From NCBI GenBank assembly GCA_028534125.1, contig CM052832.1, positions 17,486,001 through 17,550,000 on the forward strand: a stretch of DNA of 64,000 nucleotides, in the 5' to 3' direction. The position numbers and the translations under genes are program-made. This document shows positions 37,300 to 49,600 of this stretch, one piece after another. The first letter of the stretch is position 1. Each line of letters begins with the position of its first letter. Source of the DNA: Lama glama. Taxonomy: Eukaryota. Under the pieces are notes generated by a model. It searched no databases and had not been told where the DNA came from. It saw only the letters and a program-made list of their open reading frames with translations.

Positions 37300-37472
37300 A
37301 AATTTTTTATTGAGGTATAGTCAGTTTACAACGTTGTGTCAATTTCTGGTGTACAGCACAATTCTTCAGTCATACATGAATATACATATATTCATTTTTA
37401 CGTTATTTTTCACCATGAGCTACTACAAGATATTGAATATTTTTCCCTATGCTATACAGTATGAACTTGTTT
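37300..37472 (-). mobile_element. Short L1 3'-UTR fragment
   Basis: ttttattgaggtatagtcagtttacaacgttgtgtcaatttctggtgtacagc, same family as the other cetartiodactyl L1 tails here. Confidence 0.7.
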
Positions 37473-39433
37473 AGTGATTTTATTTTTTATTGGGGCAGCT
37501 GCTATCACTCTCCTAAATGTCTATCCTTGACTTCTTCTGATTGTGTAAATAGTGATATATATGCTTGTTGGCTGCCCATTTATCTCATTTCTGTACTCTA
37601 TTAGTCATCTCAAACTCTCGACAAAGTTGGCTTCCATTCTGAAATTGTCTCTCATTACAGTAATTTTGCCCACCCCTGGCACACGCGCAAACACACATAC
37701 ACACACACACACACACATGGATTCTGGTGGTTGAGTGCTGCCATTTCTGGCCTGAGTTACTTCAGGGTCCTATAATACCCATTGCTATCAGTGAGCCTAC
37801 CTCTGTAGCAGTATCTCTTATCATTAACCCCAGGGCCAGTAGAGGACACTCCCTACAGAATTTCTCAATGATGCTGGTGCCCCTCTCCCCAGTACATTCC
37901 ATTTTATTTTTTCAAACAGAATGTCCTTGGGCCCTCCTGTGACACATTCATTGAGTGGGTTTCCTAGCATTACATGGTAAATCCTCTCTAATATGCCCAC
38001 TTTTCTGAGCTTTTAATCCTTTCTTTCTACTATCAATCCCAACAGTCCTGGCATTCTTACCACATTTAATGGGAACTATTTCTTTTTCTAACAGTGTGTT
38101 GAGTCCTTGCCACTGGGTCAAAATTCTATGCTTCGAGAGAATGTACCAATATCTATGAACTCCGCTTCAACTAACTTTGAGTTTTACTCTCCTTGATCCA
38201 GAACCCTTAGAATTGAGTTCTATATGGGAAAGATGCTGAGTGGGTGGCAGAAACACATGTTTAGCAAAGCAGAGGTCTCTGCATTGTCTTTAAGCAAGAA
38301 TGACATGCTAACCCTTAAAAAGGAGGACTGGGCAACTTCCAAAAGATTCAAAAGATCTCAGGAAATTGGAGATTTAGATATTCTAATGCCTCCAACCAGA
38401 TGTCTCCATCCAATGTCTCAAGGTTCTATTCTTTTCCAACCAAGGCCATGACGTAGGCATAGAAGATAATCTAGTTTGAGGATTTTACCTACTTTCGAGT
38501 TCTAGTATTCTTATGATTAAATCTTGAATCTGAACCTTAGCTTTTTGTGCCCTTGTGTTGCAGGATATGAGAGGTTCTTTATACCATCCTAACAGAGACA
38601 CTCTGGCTGTCACAGTTAGCCTTTGTTTGATGAGATATCACCCTCAGCATTTAATCATCTCTCTCCAAGGCACTGATTTCTTCTAATAAAAACCATACAC
38701 TTCTATCACATCATAATTACCTACTATCCTATGTTTTCCAAGCACTTCCAAGATACATCACATCTCCTTGTGCATATCCACCAGTATAGTATCTCAGTTC
38801 AGGTTTGGTGAAAGTTTTAAAAATTGCTTCTTTGTGCCAGTGGCTGCTTGTGTTCCACCAATCCCCTCATTGCCAACTAGATGGTGGATAATTTAGCCTC
38901 AGAAACCTCATCTTAGCCTCTTCTTTGTCAGATCACTTTGGATACCACTTTTGGTGGGGTTCCCTGGAAAGACTCTAAGATGGGGATTTACATTCAGAAA
39001 GTTTACTGGGGCACTACCTGAGAAGAAACGAAGAGAATCAGAATTTGTCAGAGGGGAAAACTGGGTTGCAGTGCAAGTGCAAAAAGGCATTTGCTACCCC
39101 TCGGAGGTCTCCACAGCTGGGATGGGCCCTTCAGAGTTGTCCTAAGCTGAGAAGCCAGATCTTGGCTTTTGTACCCCCTCATTGACCAATAATTGGATAC
39201 AAGCTTCCTCTGGAAAAGGACTATGACCTTGACCTGAGACAATTTCTAAAGAGGGATGACAGTTGAGAGCCATCAGGTAACAGCCTTCCAAGGATCTGGG
39301 AGGGTTTCAGGTAATTCAGTCAATACACCATCTGTGACCGTCACGGTGAGGAAGAAGAGAAAGATAAGATGACTTTGAGCACAGGATGGAATTTAAAAAC
39401 CACCATAGTGATCCCAGATGCTGCAAAAAACAT

Positions 39434-39439
39434 TTTATT
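39434..39439 (-). terminator. Candidate GPX5 polyadenylation signal AATAAA
   Basis: Plus-strand tttatt about 770 nt downstream of the GPX5 stop and 3' of the SECIS-like remnant. Confidence 0.55.
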
Positions 39440-40208
39440 GGAGATAATGGCAGGGATGATTCTGAAACCAAGGAATCGAGGGTTGAGAGGGGAAAGCCTA
39501 TCCTTCAAAGGCTGCCCTGCCCAGGTGTCTTAACCTAAATGCACTGAAGATCAGACATAGAACAATTTCTGTCGGGTCCAAATTAGAAAGTGGCTCTGAG
39601 TCCCACTATCATGGAGATGCCCTTCCCTTCATGTGAGGCGATTTCCTGCTCCCACTCTACCTTAGGGCTCCTACAAGAGACAGATCAGTGCAGGGTTGGG
39701 GGTGGGCAGGGTGTCATGGATAGACTGATTTGAAAAAGTTTGGAAATTGACATTACATGTTTGTTCTAGGGGAGGACAAACGTTACGAAGTGGAACCTAG
39801 ATTGTGTGCCTATATACCCCATTGCTACTTCTACACCTTTAGAGCAGAGAGAGAAGGAGGAGTCAGAATGTCTAGGAATGCTGTTCTTCAGGATATTATG
39901 ACAAAGTGAACCATCCTCATGGAAGGGTGGTTTTCCTTTGATGAATTTTCATGATTAAATTTGTAACACATGCCTGAGGAGTTAGAGTTTCCATTCTTTT
40001 TTTCTTCATTTACATACTCTTGCAAGGAGAAATAGCAGTAGCCTTCTGTTTATAAATCTCCTTGGTAGAGAGTGGGAATTTTTGGCACTATAAGGGTGAT
40101 TCAGTCAAGAGGAGGCCACTTAGGAAGAGAGTGTAGTGAAAAGATGGATTTTTTTTTAACAGATATTCAGGTAAGAAGCGGGATAGGTCCTGCCCCCATT
40201 CGATCTTC

Positions 40209-40415
40209 CTATTTAGTTTTGAGGTGCTTCAGGTACGCCAGGATATCTGACCTGACTACACTGATTGGAGTCTGATGGAACCAACGCATGACGGGGACTC
40301 CATTAGGTCCCACCAGGAACTTTTCAAAATTCCAGCGAATGTCATGGACCATGATGGGTTCCCAGGATATATGTTTGATTGAGCCCATAACCTCGGAAGG
40401 ATGAGGACAGGCGCG
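40209..40415 (-). CDS. GPX5: GPX5 exon 5
   Basis: Acceptor cttcag|[14 protein letters not shown]...[21 protein letters not shown]...LKTK*; 207 nt. Confidence 0.95.
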   Translation of the reverse strand, partial: RACPHPSEVMGSIKHISWEPIMVHDIRWNFEKFLVGPNGVPVMRWFHQTPISVVRSDILAYLKHLKTK

Positions 40416-41149
40416 CTGAAGCAGAGAGATGGAAAAGAGAAATGACAATGTAATTTCTGCTCCTGGATGATCCAGGCTATTTTCACCAACAGAGAATCCA
40501 CTCCTTCTTATATCTAGATATTTTAATTTCCTATGATTCTTAATAAACTCTCTGAATCACAGTCATGCCAACTACAAATAATACTGTAAATATTACAGCA
40601 AAAGTCTATTCCCTCTTTCTGTTTCTCCCTGTGACCCCATCACAAAATCATGCTGCTATGTTTAGGACATGTCACCTCTCTAGCTTTCAGTTTCCTTTTC
40701 TGCAAAGTGAGTGGCTTAGATTAGAATGTGGTTTCCCAGATTTTGGTGCTCCATGGGCCAATAACATTTCAAAAATATCTTTTGGGACCAAAATGGAGTT
40801 CCAATATTTTGTTTTGTCAAATAAGAGAAAAAAATTTTTTTAATTCATCATTTAATTTTAAAATGATAATTATAAGAATAGATAACACATAGGTCCTAAT
40901 CTTACAATAAAGGGCAGCCCTACAAATCAGTTGAGTTTACATTGCCCTATTTTTTTTTCAGTTTACTGAGAATATATAAAAATCTCAACATGGGCCAGCC
41001 TTGGCCCACAGTCCAACATTTAGGAACGAACAATGAACTCTGATGCCCTTTAGAGGCCCTTTCAGCTCTCACACTCTCTATATATAAAAGTCAAGTGTTT
41101 CATAAAACACAGTTACTACATTGTATTATACCTGTTCTCATTTCTATGT

Positions 41150-41276
41150 ATTCCTCTCCAGTATGAACTCATCAAGGAACAGGGACTGTGTCTATACACC
41201 TTTATACTCTTATTATTTAGCAAATCGCCTTATAGATAGCAGGCACTCAACAAATGTACCTTGAATGAATGAATGT
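41150..41276 (+). mobile_element. L2 3' end
   Basis: aggcactcaacaaatgtaccttgaatgaatgaatg. Confidence 0.65.
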
Positions 41277-41512
41277 CAATAAGCAAAAGAGGATGGTCCC
41301 AGTGAAAAGAAACACTCCATACAACTCTCTCCACAAGGTCAGAGTCTCATAGATACTAACAAATTAAACCCTTATCCCTATGCTAATCTGAAGATCTCTT
41401 CCATAGAGTCTAATCCCACCTCCAGGCAGGAGTTTTTGGATCTATTTACACCATGTCAACTCTATACTAGGAATATTAGGGAAAAAGAGGCTTACATCAG
41501 TAATTAACTTAC

Positions 41513-41612
41513 CTTCAAGAAGGTGAAGACTTTCTGTTCCTTTTCACCGTTCACATCCCCTTTCTCAAAAAGCTGGAAATTAGGTATATATCCTCCTCCT
41601 GGACGGACGTAC
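41513..41612 (-). CDS. GPX5: GPX5 exon 4
   Basis: ttgcag|G TAC GTC CGT...; [33 protein letters not shown]|gtaagt; 100 nt. Confidence 0.95.
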
Positions 41613-41869
41613 CTGCAATGGACCATAATATTCCCAGGAAGCTCCAGAATATAAGAGAGAAAGTTATGATGAATTACTAGGATTTGAGGTCATGAGACAG
41701 GGGAGAAAATGCTAGAGATACAGAAAACAGGGCTGCGAAGGGAAAGTAAGACCATTTTTAAACTTTGAGCTCCCAGATTCACTTCATTTTTCTCTATTCC
41801 ACATCCTGTCACTCCCTCTTCCCCCAACCCTGTACTGTTTCTGCACCAGAAATATCAGGAGCCATTTCT

Positions 41870-41957
41870 TTCTTCCTTTTATTTTTTTTAAATTTAATGG
41901 AGGGACTGGGGATTGAACCTAGTACCTCGTGCCCACTGAGCTATACCTACCCCACCC
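41870..41957 (-). mobile_element. Vic-1-like camelid SINE in GPX5 intron 3
   Basis: gactggggattgaacctag...ctgagctatacc; TSD CAGGAGCCA on both sides. Confidence 0.75.
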
Positions 41958-42198
41958 CAGGAGCCACTTCTGTGCTCTTGCTCCTCCATATGTCCAGGTC
42001 TCATTACCCAGGGAGGAGGAGAGAGTCTCTGAACACTGCCGTACTCACAACAGCAGAGGCCATAGTTAAACTCAGTTTGTAGAGGCCCCTAAGCCTATTA
42101 ATCCACTACCCATCCTGGAAGTTCCCAATACAGAAGGACCTCTGGAAACTGAGGAAAAGTAGACAGAGACCCCTACAGGGTTTCAAGGAGGTACTTAC

Positions 42199-42316
42199 TT
42201 CAGTCCTGGAAGGATCTCCGAGTTCTCTCCTGGCTCTTGCTTTCCAAATTGGTTGCAGGGAAAGCCCAACACAACTAGGCCATAGGACTTCAGCTCCTCC
42301 TGAAGTGTATTTAATT
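42199..42316 (-). CDS. GPX5: GPX5 exon 3
   Basis: catag|AA TTA...; [40 protein letters not shown]|gtaagt; 118 nt. Confidence 0.95.
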
Positions 42317-42521
42317 CTATGAGTAGAGAAGGGACGATATGGCAGCCTGGCTAGAGACCCTGCCTTGTGTAGAGAAAGATTTTTGGAGTTACCCATTTTA
42401 CAGAGGAGAAAACAGAGGCCCAGGGAAGGAAAAAAATATTTAGGTCAGAATGACTATTAGTAGCAAGGCTAAAGTTAAATACTGGATCTCTAGACATGGA
42501 TTCAAAAGCCCTGTGTTATAG

Positions 42522-42680
42522 TGTAGTATTTCCCAAATCTGTAGCATGTTAGACTCAGCTGAGGGCCTTTCTTTTAAAATAGAGATGCCCAGGTCCCATT
42601 CCAGAGAATTCTCTGATTCCATTCTTCTGAGATGGCTCCCAGTTATCTTTATTATTCTAAAGCTCACCAGATCACTGCTC
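42522..42680. mobile_element. MER5-like hAT fossil
   Basis: aaaatagagatgcccaggtcccattccagagaattctctgattc. Confidence 0.5.
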
Positions 42681-42684
42681 ATGG

Positions 42685-43060
42685 AATTGTAAAATGGTGC
42701 AACTGCTATGATTTCTCAAAAAATTAAAAATAGAACTACCATAAATCCAGCAGTCCCACTTCTGGGTGTATATGCAAAAGAATTGAAAACTAGGTCTGAA
42801 AGAGATATTTGCACACCCATGTTCACATGATATTCATAAAAATCAAGAAGTGAAAGTAACCCATATGTCCATCAATATAATATATACATATAATGGAATA
42901 TTATTCAGCTTTAAAATGGAAGGAAATTCTGTCACATGCTACAACATGGTTGAATCCTGAAGACATTCTGCTAGTGAAATAAACTAGTCATAAAAAGACA
43001 AGTACTGCATAGTAAGACAAATACATGAGGTATCTAAAGTAGTCAAGTTTATGGAAACAG
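42685..43060 (+). mobile_element. L1 ORF2-end / 3' fragment
   Basis: aaaaatagaactacc...ccagcagtcccacttctgggtgtata...atggaatattattcagc. Confidence 0.75.
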
Positions 43061-43240
43061 TTATAAAATCCCTTTCCCTTTTTTCTTGTCTATGTAAGTT
43101 ACCTGGAAAATCCTCAGAAACATTAGTCCTACCTCCTCTATTTACCAAGGAGACCTGAATCTTCGGACAGGCTCCTGGTTCTCAGATACATATTAATTCT
43201 CCTGGAAATCTCAGGAGCAAAGCAGAGTCAGGACATAGGG

Positions 43241-43468
43241 AAGGGGTCCGCAAACTTTTTCTGTGAAGGTCCAGATAGTAATTTCAGAGTTTATGAGCAG
43301 GATGGTCGCTGGCACCATTACTCATACAACTACTTAGCTCTGCCTTGTAGCATAATATCAAACACAGACAATTTGTAAATAAATGGGCATGGCTGTGTTC
43401 AATAAACCTTTGTTTACAAAAGCAGGCTTGCCAGATTTTCCCTGTGGACCAAAATTTGCTGATTCCTG
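43241..43468. mobile_element. MER58-like hAT fossil
   Basis: aggggtccgcaaactttttctgtgaaggtccagatagta...gggcatggctgtgttcaataaacctttgtttacaaaagcagg...tttgctgattcctg. Confidence 0.75.
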
Positions 43469-43607
43469 ACATCAGGGAATAAAGATATTTGATCATGAGT
43501 ATTGATTTTGATATATAGAATTAGAACTAGAATATAATTCCAATATGATTTAGAATATAATGAGCTGGAAAATTTAGTCCAAAGGAGAATTGGCTATGAA
43601 CGCTTAC

Positions 43608-43761
43608 CAAGATATTGAGATGTCAGACCACAATAGGTGGCCACATTGACAAAAAGGACATGCTTGCCCGCATACTGCTTGAACTGAATGTGTTCCGCCT
43701 CATTCAGAGTGAAAGCGTCATATTCATAGATGTTGCCTTTCACATCTTTGTAGCAATCCAT
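43608..43761 (-). CDS. GPX5: GPX5 exon 2 (catalytic Cys, codon TGT at 43630-43632)
   Basis: taccag|[60 protein letters not shown]|gtaagc; 154 nt; Cys rather than TGA/Sec. Confidence 0.96.
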
Positions 43762-46530
43762 CTGGTAGATTTTAAAAAATCATAATATTAGTAACAATAA
43801 TTTCTGCCATCTGTGTAATCTTTCAAAGCACTCAAAGAATAATGCATGTATTAACTGAGACCCAGAAAACAAAGAAGAGTTGTCTAAGGTGTCAATAACA
43901 TGAATGAAACTTCAGTCTGGTGACTTGAAATGAAATAATTTTTCGAAGAACAGGGAATCAAGTCTCTCCATTATCCTGGCAGAAGTAAAATACCAGGAAC
44001 TGCTTGGATAAACGGAAAAGAGCAGACATTCGTGAGCTGGAAGAGGATGACCTTAAAGTAAGTGGGGCCAAACAGAACAGCACACTGCCTTTCATGCTTC
44101 TGTAAAAATGAGGCTACTCCTTGTCTCTGGATTAAAGGCATCCTGCCTGGATATCCTCCCTAAAGGGAAAGTTTGAAATTGCCCAAGTATTTTAGGATGG
44201 TCTTGTTACTTCTTTAACTTTCCCAAGGTCTTCTGACTTCTTATCCCACTTATCAGCATGGTGGGGAATCAGAAGCCAGCTCTATTGTTAGATTTCTTTG
44301 TGAACCTGAGCAATTGTCATCCTTGGCTCTTAGTTTCCCCACTGGCAAAATGAAGACATTCATCTGGATGCCTATCAGATCCTCCAGGGAACTTCCAGGT
44401 TCCACATTCTAGAATCTAATATTATCCCCTCCTTGAGTAGTTTTCTCTCTCTTACTCTCTTATACTCCCATGATGGTCTTGCAAACTAATACTGTGAAAT
44501 TCTAACTTTTTGTAGGTCCTAAGAATGGAAATGGAGAGCTCAAAAATTCATCTGTGAGCAGGTCACCAAAATCTGTCTGGCAGCATCCAACTTACTCCAT
44601 ACTCATCTCCTCACCCAATTGTGCTCTAGGTTTCTAATACCTGCCTCCATCATCAGCTCCATCTATTCTATTCCTTATCAAATTTCCTGAACATATTGGA
44701 GCAGGGTCCCACATGAAAGAAATAAGTTCCACATGGAATTCTCATTGGCTGTTCTTAGGTTAAATTCCTCTACATGCAGATCTCATCTTATTCTTCCTCT
44801 GTCTCTATCCATGCAGGGTCCATGCAGCACCCAAAGTGTGTTGACTCCACAGTGCTCACCAGCACCTCCTGATCCCTTTCCCTATATCAGAGAGACTGCT
44901 ACAAATTGCTCCTGGAATACAGGGAATATAAAATACCACAGTATGAAAATAAAGCTAACGTCCAAACCACTCGGTAAGAAAAAGGCAGAGAAGTATGGAC
45001 CAGAGAAAGGAGTGAAGGACATGGTCTAATAAGAAAGGTCCAGACTTATACTAGGATAAAACTAGAGTCTCTGGAAATGCAATGGACTAGAAAGCATTTT
45101 AGTCAAACATCATCTTCCCCCATCTAAGGAAGGAGTGATCCAACACAAAACCAAACCACATTTTCCCACTCATTCTATCACTAGCACACCAGGCTGGAAC
45201 TACTCAGTCCCTCCCTCCTCCTGGGGAGAAAGGCATTTTCTTCATGCAGACTTTTGCACCTTTCCCTAAATGCGTGCACGCGCGCACACACACACACACC
45301 AGCAAAACTGAGACATGTATAAAAAGAATATTATGGTTCCAAGCTAAACATTTTTAAGAATTTGCCTTTTGTTTTCCCCTTTGCTACGGCAATGAAAATG
45401 ACTGAGAATCCTTTTGGGTACCAGAATGTGGGGACTTTGAACATGAAGACTCCTCTGAGTCCAGCTTACTCCTAATATTCATTGCTGTTTCACGTTTCAG
45501 TCTGTATGATTTGTCTCATATACCTCTGGACTCAGCTTTTATTAAGCAAATTCTACAGCCCAGGGTCTCCACACCCACGTAGGCAGCAATGGATAACATA
45601 AAAACCACATTAATTCTCAAAAATAGAAAGTCACCCAAGAGGTTATTAGTCAAGAGGCAGGAAGATCTTACCAGAGCTGTCTTTTATAGAACACATTATA
45701 TGCATAATAATTATTGCTCACCCACCCGATTACTAGATGAGTGTGTGGGTAGATACTGTTACACACCCGTTTATAATGAGAAAGCAGAGACTAACAGAGG
45801 TGAAGTGACTTGTTCAAGCCCAAACGTGGTAACCCTCTATGTGAAGGAGAGTCTGCTTGCTCCTAACTTCATGATTCCTTTTTGCTTCCATATCATCAAG
45901 TTTGCCGCTATTCTTCCCTGAACGGCCCCTGCCATGGCCATACACACATTTTATCAATAAGGCAACTGAGCCATGAATTGGAAGTAGAGTCAAATCCAGA
46001 ATCCAAGACTCCTGATTCCGGACCCAGTTGTTTTAGGCCTCCAATTAGTTTTTTTCTGTATGTTTTATGTTTCTCTGATAACACTCAGATTTCATCCAAC
46101 CTGAAAACTTCCACACTGGCTTATTCCTCCTCTTCATGGGTTCTCCACTGAGCTGCATCTGAGATGACTCAGCTCAGCCTCTCCTTCCCACCCATTGGGA
46201 TGCCCACTGTTGTCCCGAGCCTCAGACCCAGCTCTGAGGCACAGACTCATGTGACTGGAGGGGAATCCAGGTAACTTCTCCCTGGAGAAGGAGGGGAGAA
46301 AGGACCACAGTAAGGAGATGCTATCTTTCCTACCCATATTCAACTCAAGAAATACCCATTTATAGGAGTGAAGAAGCCTCAGAGAAAAGAGAAGAAAGGT
46401 TTAGGGGAACCCGCAAAGAGAGAGAAAGCAGAGGTCAGAGTCTTACAAAAAGGACCGAGGGCCAGATCTTGGAGCAGGACTGAAGACTCCACCTTTGACC
46501 CCTGCCCTGCCCTCTCTGGAGGCCACTCAC

Positions 46531-46617
46531 CTTCATCCTTTCTGGCTTGGAATTTGTCTGCACGAAGCCAGCTAAGAAAAGAAGGAAAAGATAGGAGGCC
46601 CTTAACTGTGCAGTCAT
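46531..46617 (-). CDS. GPX5: GPX5 exon 1 (signal peptide); epididymal secretory glutathione peroxidase
   Basis: MTAQLRASYLFLLFLAGFVQTNSKPERMK|gtgagt; exons 87+154+118+100+207 = 666 nt = 221 aa plus stop. Confidence 0.95.
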
Positions 46618-46639
46618 GACTAGTGTTTGTAGATCACTA

Positions 46640-46735
46640 GTCTGAGAGTCTTGAGGTCCTCAGGTAACTGGCAACCTTTTGATATCCTGGCAGAGACTAG
46701 CCTGACTCTGCACAGGCCAATCACAGGGCGGCAAG
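46640..46735 (-). promoter_or_regulatory. GPX5 proximal promoter / 5' UTR
   Basis: CCAAT (ggccaatc) and adjacent GGGCGG about 100 nt upstream of the ATG; homologous to the GPX6 upstream region. Confidence 0.55.
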
Positions 46736-47870
46736 GATTTCTGGGGTGTGAGTGGGGCAAGAAGATGTAGAATTCAAACCACATCCTCACATCTTCACCT
46801 ACACACACCCCCATGAGCACTCAGTGCTCACTAGTGCGATGAGGACCTGGGACTCGTATAAATTCGGGTAGAATTAAGAAATGGTGAGGGCAAGCCCGCC
46901 ATAGTCCTTAAAGTCTATTGTCTGTTTTTACTGCATGAAGAGGAGTGTCTATATTCAGGCACAGTCTCCCAGACCTCACAGTAAAGTGCCTAGAAAAAGG
47001 CATGATATAAACATTCCAAGTACTATTCTTAATATTATTATTTGAGCTCTAAAAAAAAAAATTCAAAGATGGACCACATATGATCCCTCTAAGAGAGTTA
47101 GAAGGAAACCAGCCCTGAAGAAGGGACAAATATTTGCACATTAATATGTTCACTATGCAAATGCTTACAAATGTTTTCAAGTGCTTAGAAATCGGTAAGA
47201 AAAACCAAGCAGCCCAAGAAAAACATGAGCAGTAGGCAGTAAACCAAATAGCATCTGTGATGGTATACAATGTTCTCCCTTACCAATAATCAAAGAGGTA
47301 CAAACAAGAAAAATTGCATTCTGCACTTATCAGATTGGCCAAAGTTCAAAGGAATGGAGGTACCCAGTCTGGGTGTCAGTCTGATATAGGAGGCTCTGAT
47401 ACCCTAGGTAGGGGCAGGGAGGACTACTAACAGCTGCCAGCTTTCTGGAGGATAATATGCCATTCAGAATGCAATGCTCTTTTAAAAGTAAATAACTTCT
47501 TTAAAAACTTTTGATTTTGAAATAATTATAAATGTCTAGGAAATTGCAAACACTCCTCTTAATCTCCAGGAAGCCCCATGTTCCAAGAAGGATAATGGAA
47601 AGGAGGCTCAGGTTCCTCTAAGGATAAAAATGCTTTGCCTCTCAACCAGCCTAAGAACCTCCATCCACTTAGCCACAGTTCCAACAACTATTCAACAGTC
47701 TCAGCTAAAATTGTGGAATAGATGAGTTGATGATGCAGGCCCGGTGCCCTAAGAATTGTCGAGTTTCTCACATAAATAGCATATTAAATTCTCACCTTTC
47801 TCCATCTTGTCTACAGTACTGCTTTACCTTCTGGACCTCAAGTGCTGATGTTGAAGTTAATCATACTCTT

Positions 47871-47961
47871 CTTTTTTTCTTTTAATGGAAGTACTAGGGA
47901 TTGAACCCAGGACCTCATGCATGCTAAGCATACACTCTAGCACTGAGCTATATCCACCCCA
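47871..47961 (-). mobile_element. Vic-1-like camelid SINE
   Basis: gtactaggggattgaacccaggacctcatgcatgctaagc...ctgagctata; 12-bp TSD AATCATACTCTT (47859-47870, 47962-47973). Confidence 0.85.
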
Positions 47962-49034
47962 AATCATACTCTTAAATTCATGACTATTTGTCCTTGCAAG
48001 GACCCTCTCTATTTTATTTATTATTCATACTCAAATTCCATTCCCAGACTCCACTGATTTTTGATTCCCAAATTTCATTCTTTTTCTTCTCTCCCTATTG
48101 GTACAATGTTTAATATGCATATTGTTCGTATTCTTGAAAAACAGATTATTAGCTCCTTGAAGTTTAAAATTTTATTTGTTTATTTTTCCATTTGGACCTC
48201 AGATTCAAAGGGTTGAGTTTATCAACTCCTTAATTTATAGTACTTTATCATCATTAGGCTGTACAATGATTCTCTTCTTATAGTAAAAATTTAAAAAATG
48301 TTTTGTCCTCAGTTCACCCTGACTTTCCTACCTTTCAGAGATGAGGAGTGACAAGGAAACAGTTATTACAGACTGGAAAGTTGGCAGCCTTTGCATTTGG
48401 TAAAATTCTAGCCTGATAACTTTGAAGGCAAAAATGACTAAAACAAGGGTGGATGTTAGTGTGGGTTGGCTGTTCCCAGTGTTTTGGGATTACAACGAAG
48501 GGATAATTTCAGCAACTAACTGTGCTCTAACATGATAGCTAACAAAGAGGTGTTGAAAAATATTTGGATTAGTTGCAGAGATCAGGTTTGTTTCCCTTTA
48601 CCACTCTTCCCACACTCTTCTTCCTCCTCCTACAGGATTAGCACTGGCAGCTCAGCTTTACTAACTCCCACATTTATTGAAAATGGTAAATTCTTCCTCT
48701 CCAGTTCTAAGTTGCTTTCCAACCAGCCCCCTCCACCAGTCCTGCCCCTTCCAGGTTCACACAAGAAGCTGGCTTCACCTCCTTAAAACTGAAGTCTGAG
48801 TAGGGTTTAATTCTTGCTGCTGGTGGAGCCTGGGCATTCGTGAATTCTTTTGGAAGACAGAAGCTTTTTGTTATTCCAGATTTCTGATCTCTTCTAATCC
48901 AGAGGGAGGAGCCCAAAACAATGACTGCAGGTCCAGCCACAAAGCTCCCAAAGCCTTTTCAGCGCGACTATGTAGGTTTCCTGCTTTTTCCTTCCCACCC
49001 ACAGATACTGACTCTCCTGCCTTTGTTCTGTCAC

Positions 49035-49383
49035 AGATCAAATACCATATGAAATCACTTACATGTGGAATCTAAAAAAAATGACACATACGAACATGTT
49101 TACAAAACAGAAACAGATTCACAGACATAGAAAACAAACATGGTTACCAAAGGGGGAAGGGGGAGTGATAAATTAGGAGTTTGAGATTTGCAGATACAAA
49201 CTAAGATAGACAAAACTGATAAACAACAAGGTCCTACTATATAGCACAGGGAACTATATCCAATATCTTGTAAAAATCTATAATGAAAAATATATACATG
49301 TAAATGTATAACTAAATCATTATGCTGTACATCAAAAAAACCCCACAATATTGTAAATCAACAATACTTCAATTTAAAAAAAA
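49035..49383 (+). mobile_element. L1 3' UTR (cetartiodactyl type)
   Basis: Same family as 11840-12380; ends aaatcaacaatacttcaattt plus A-tail. Confidence 0.8.
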
Positions 49384-49439
49384 GAACTATGGAGATTAAA
49401 ATATCAGTCCTCAAAAATAATATACCTCAATTCCTCGTC

Positions 49440-49600
49440 CTTCCCAAGCTCTGTGACTTTGGGCGAGTTACCTTCTGTACCTCTGGTCTTCGTTTGTGAA
49501 ACTGAGATATACTATGAACTTCATGGGGCTACGTTTTAAAAATAAAGGAGATAAGTCATTTAAACCCTTAGCACTGGACTTGGCCCAAGGTAAACACCCA
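49440..49600. mobile_element. MIR
   Basis: ctgtgactttgggcgagttaccttctgtacctc core-like sequence. Confidence 0.55.

Noticed and set aside
43630..43632. GPX5 as a selenoprotein
   Set aside because: Active-site codon is TGT (Cys), the stop is TAG and the SECIS-like element is degenerate
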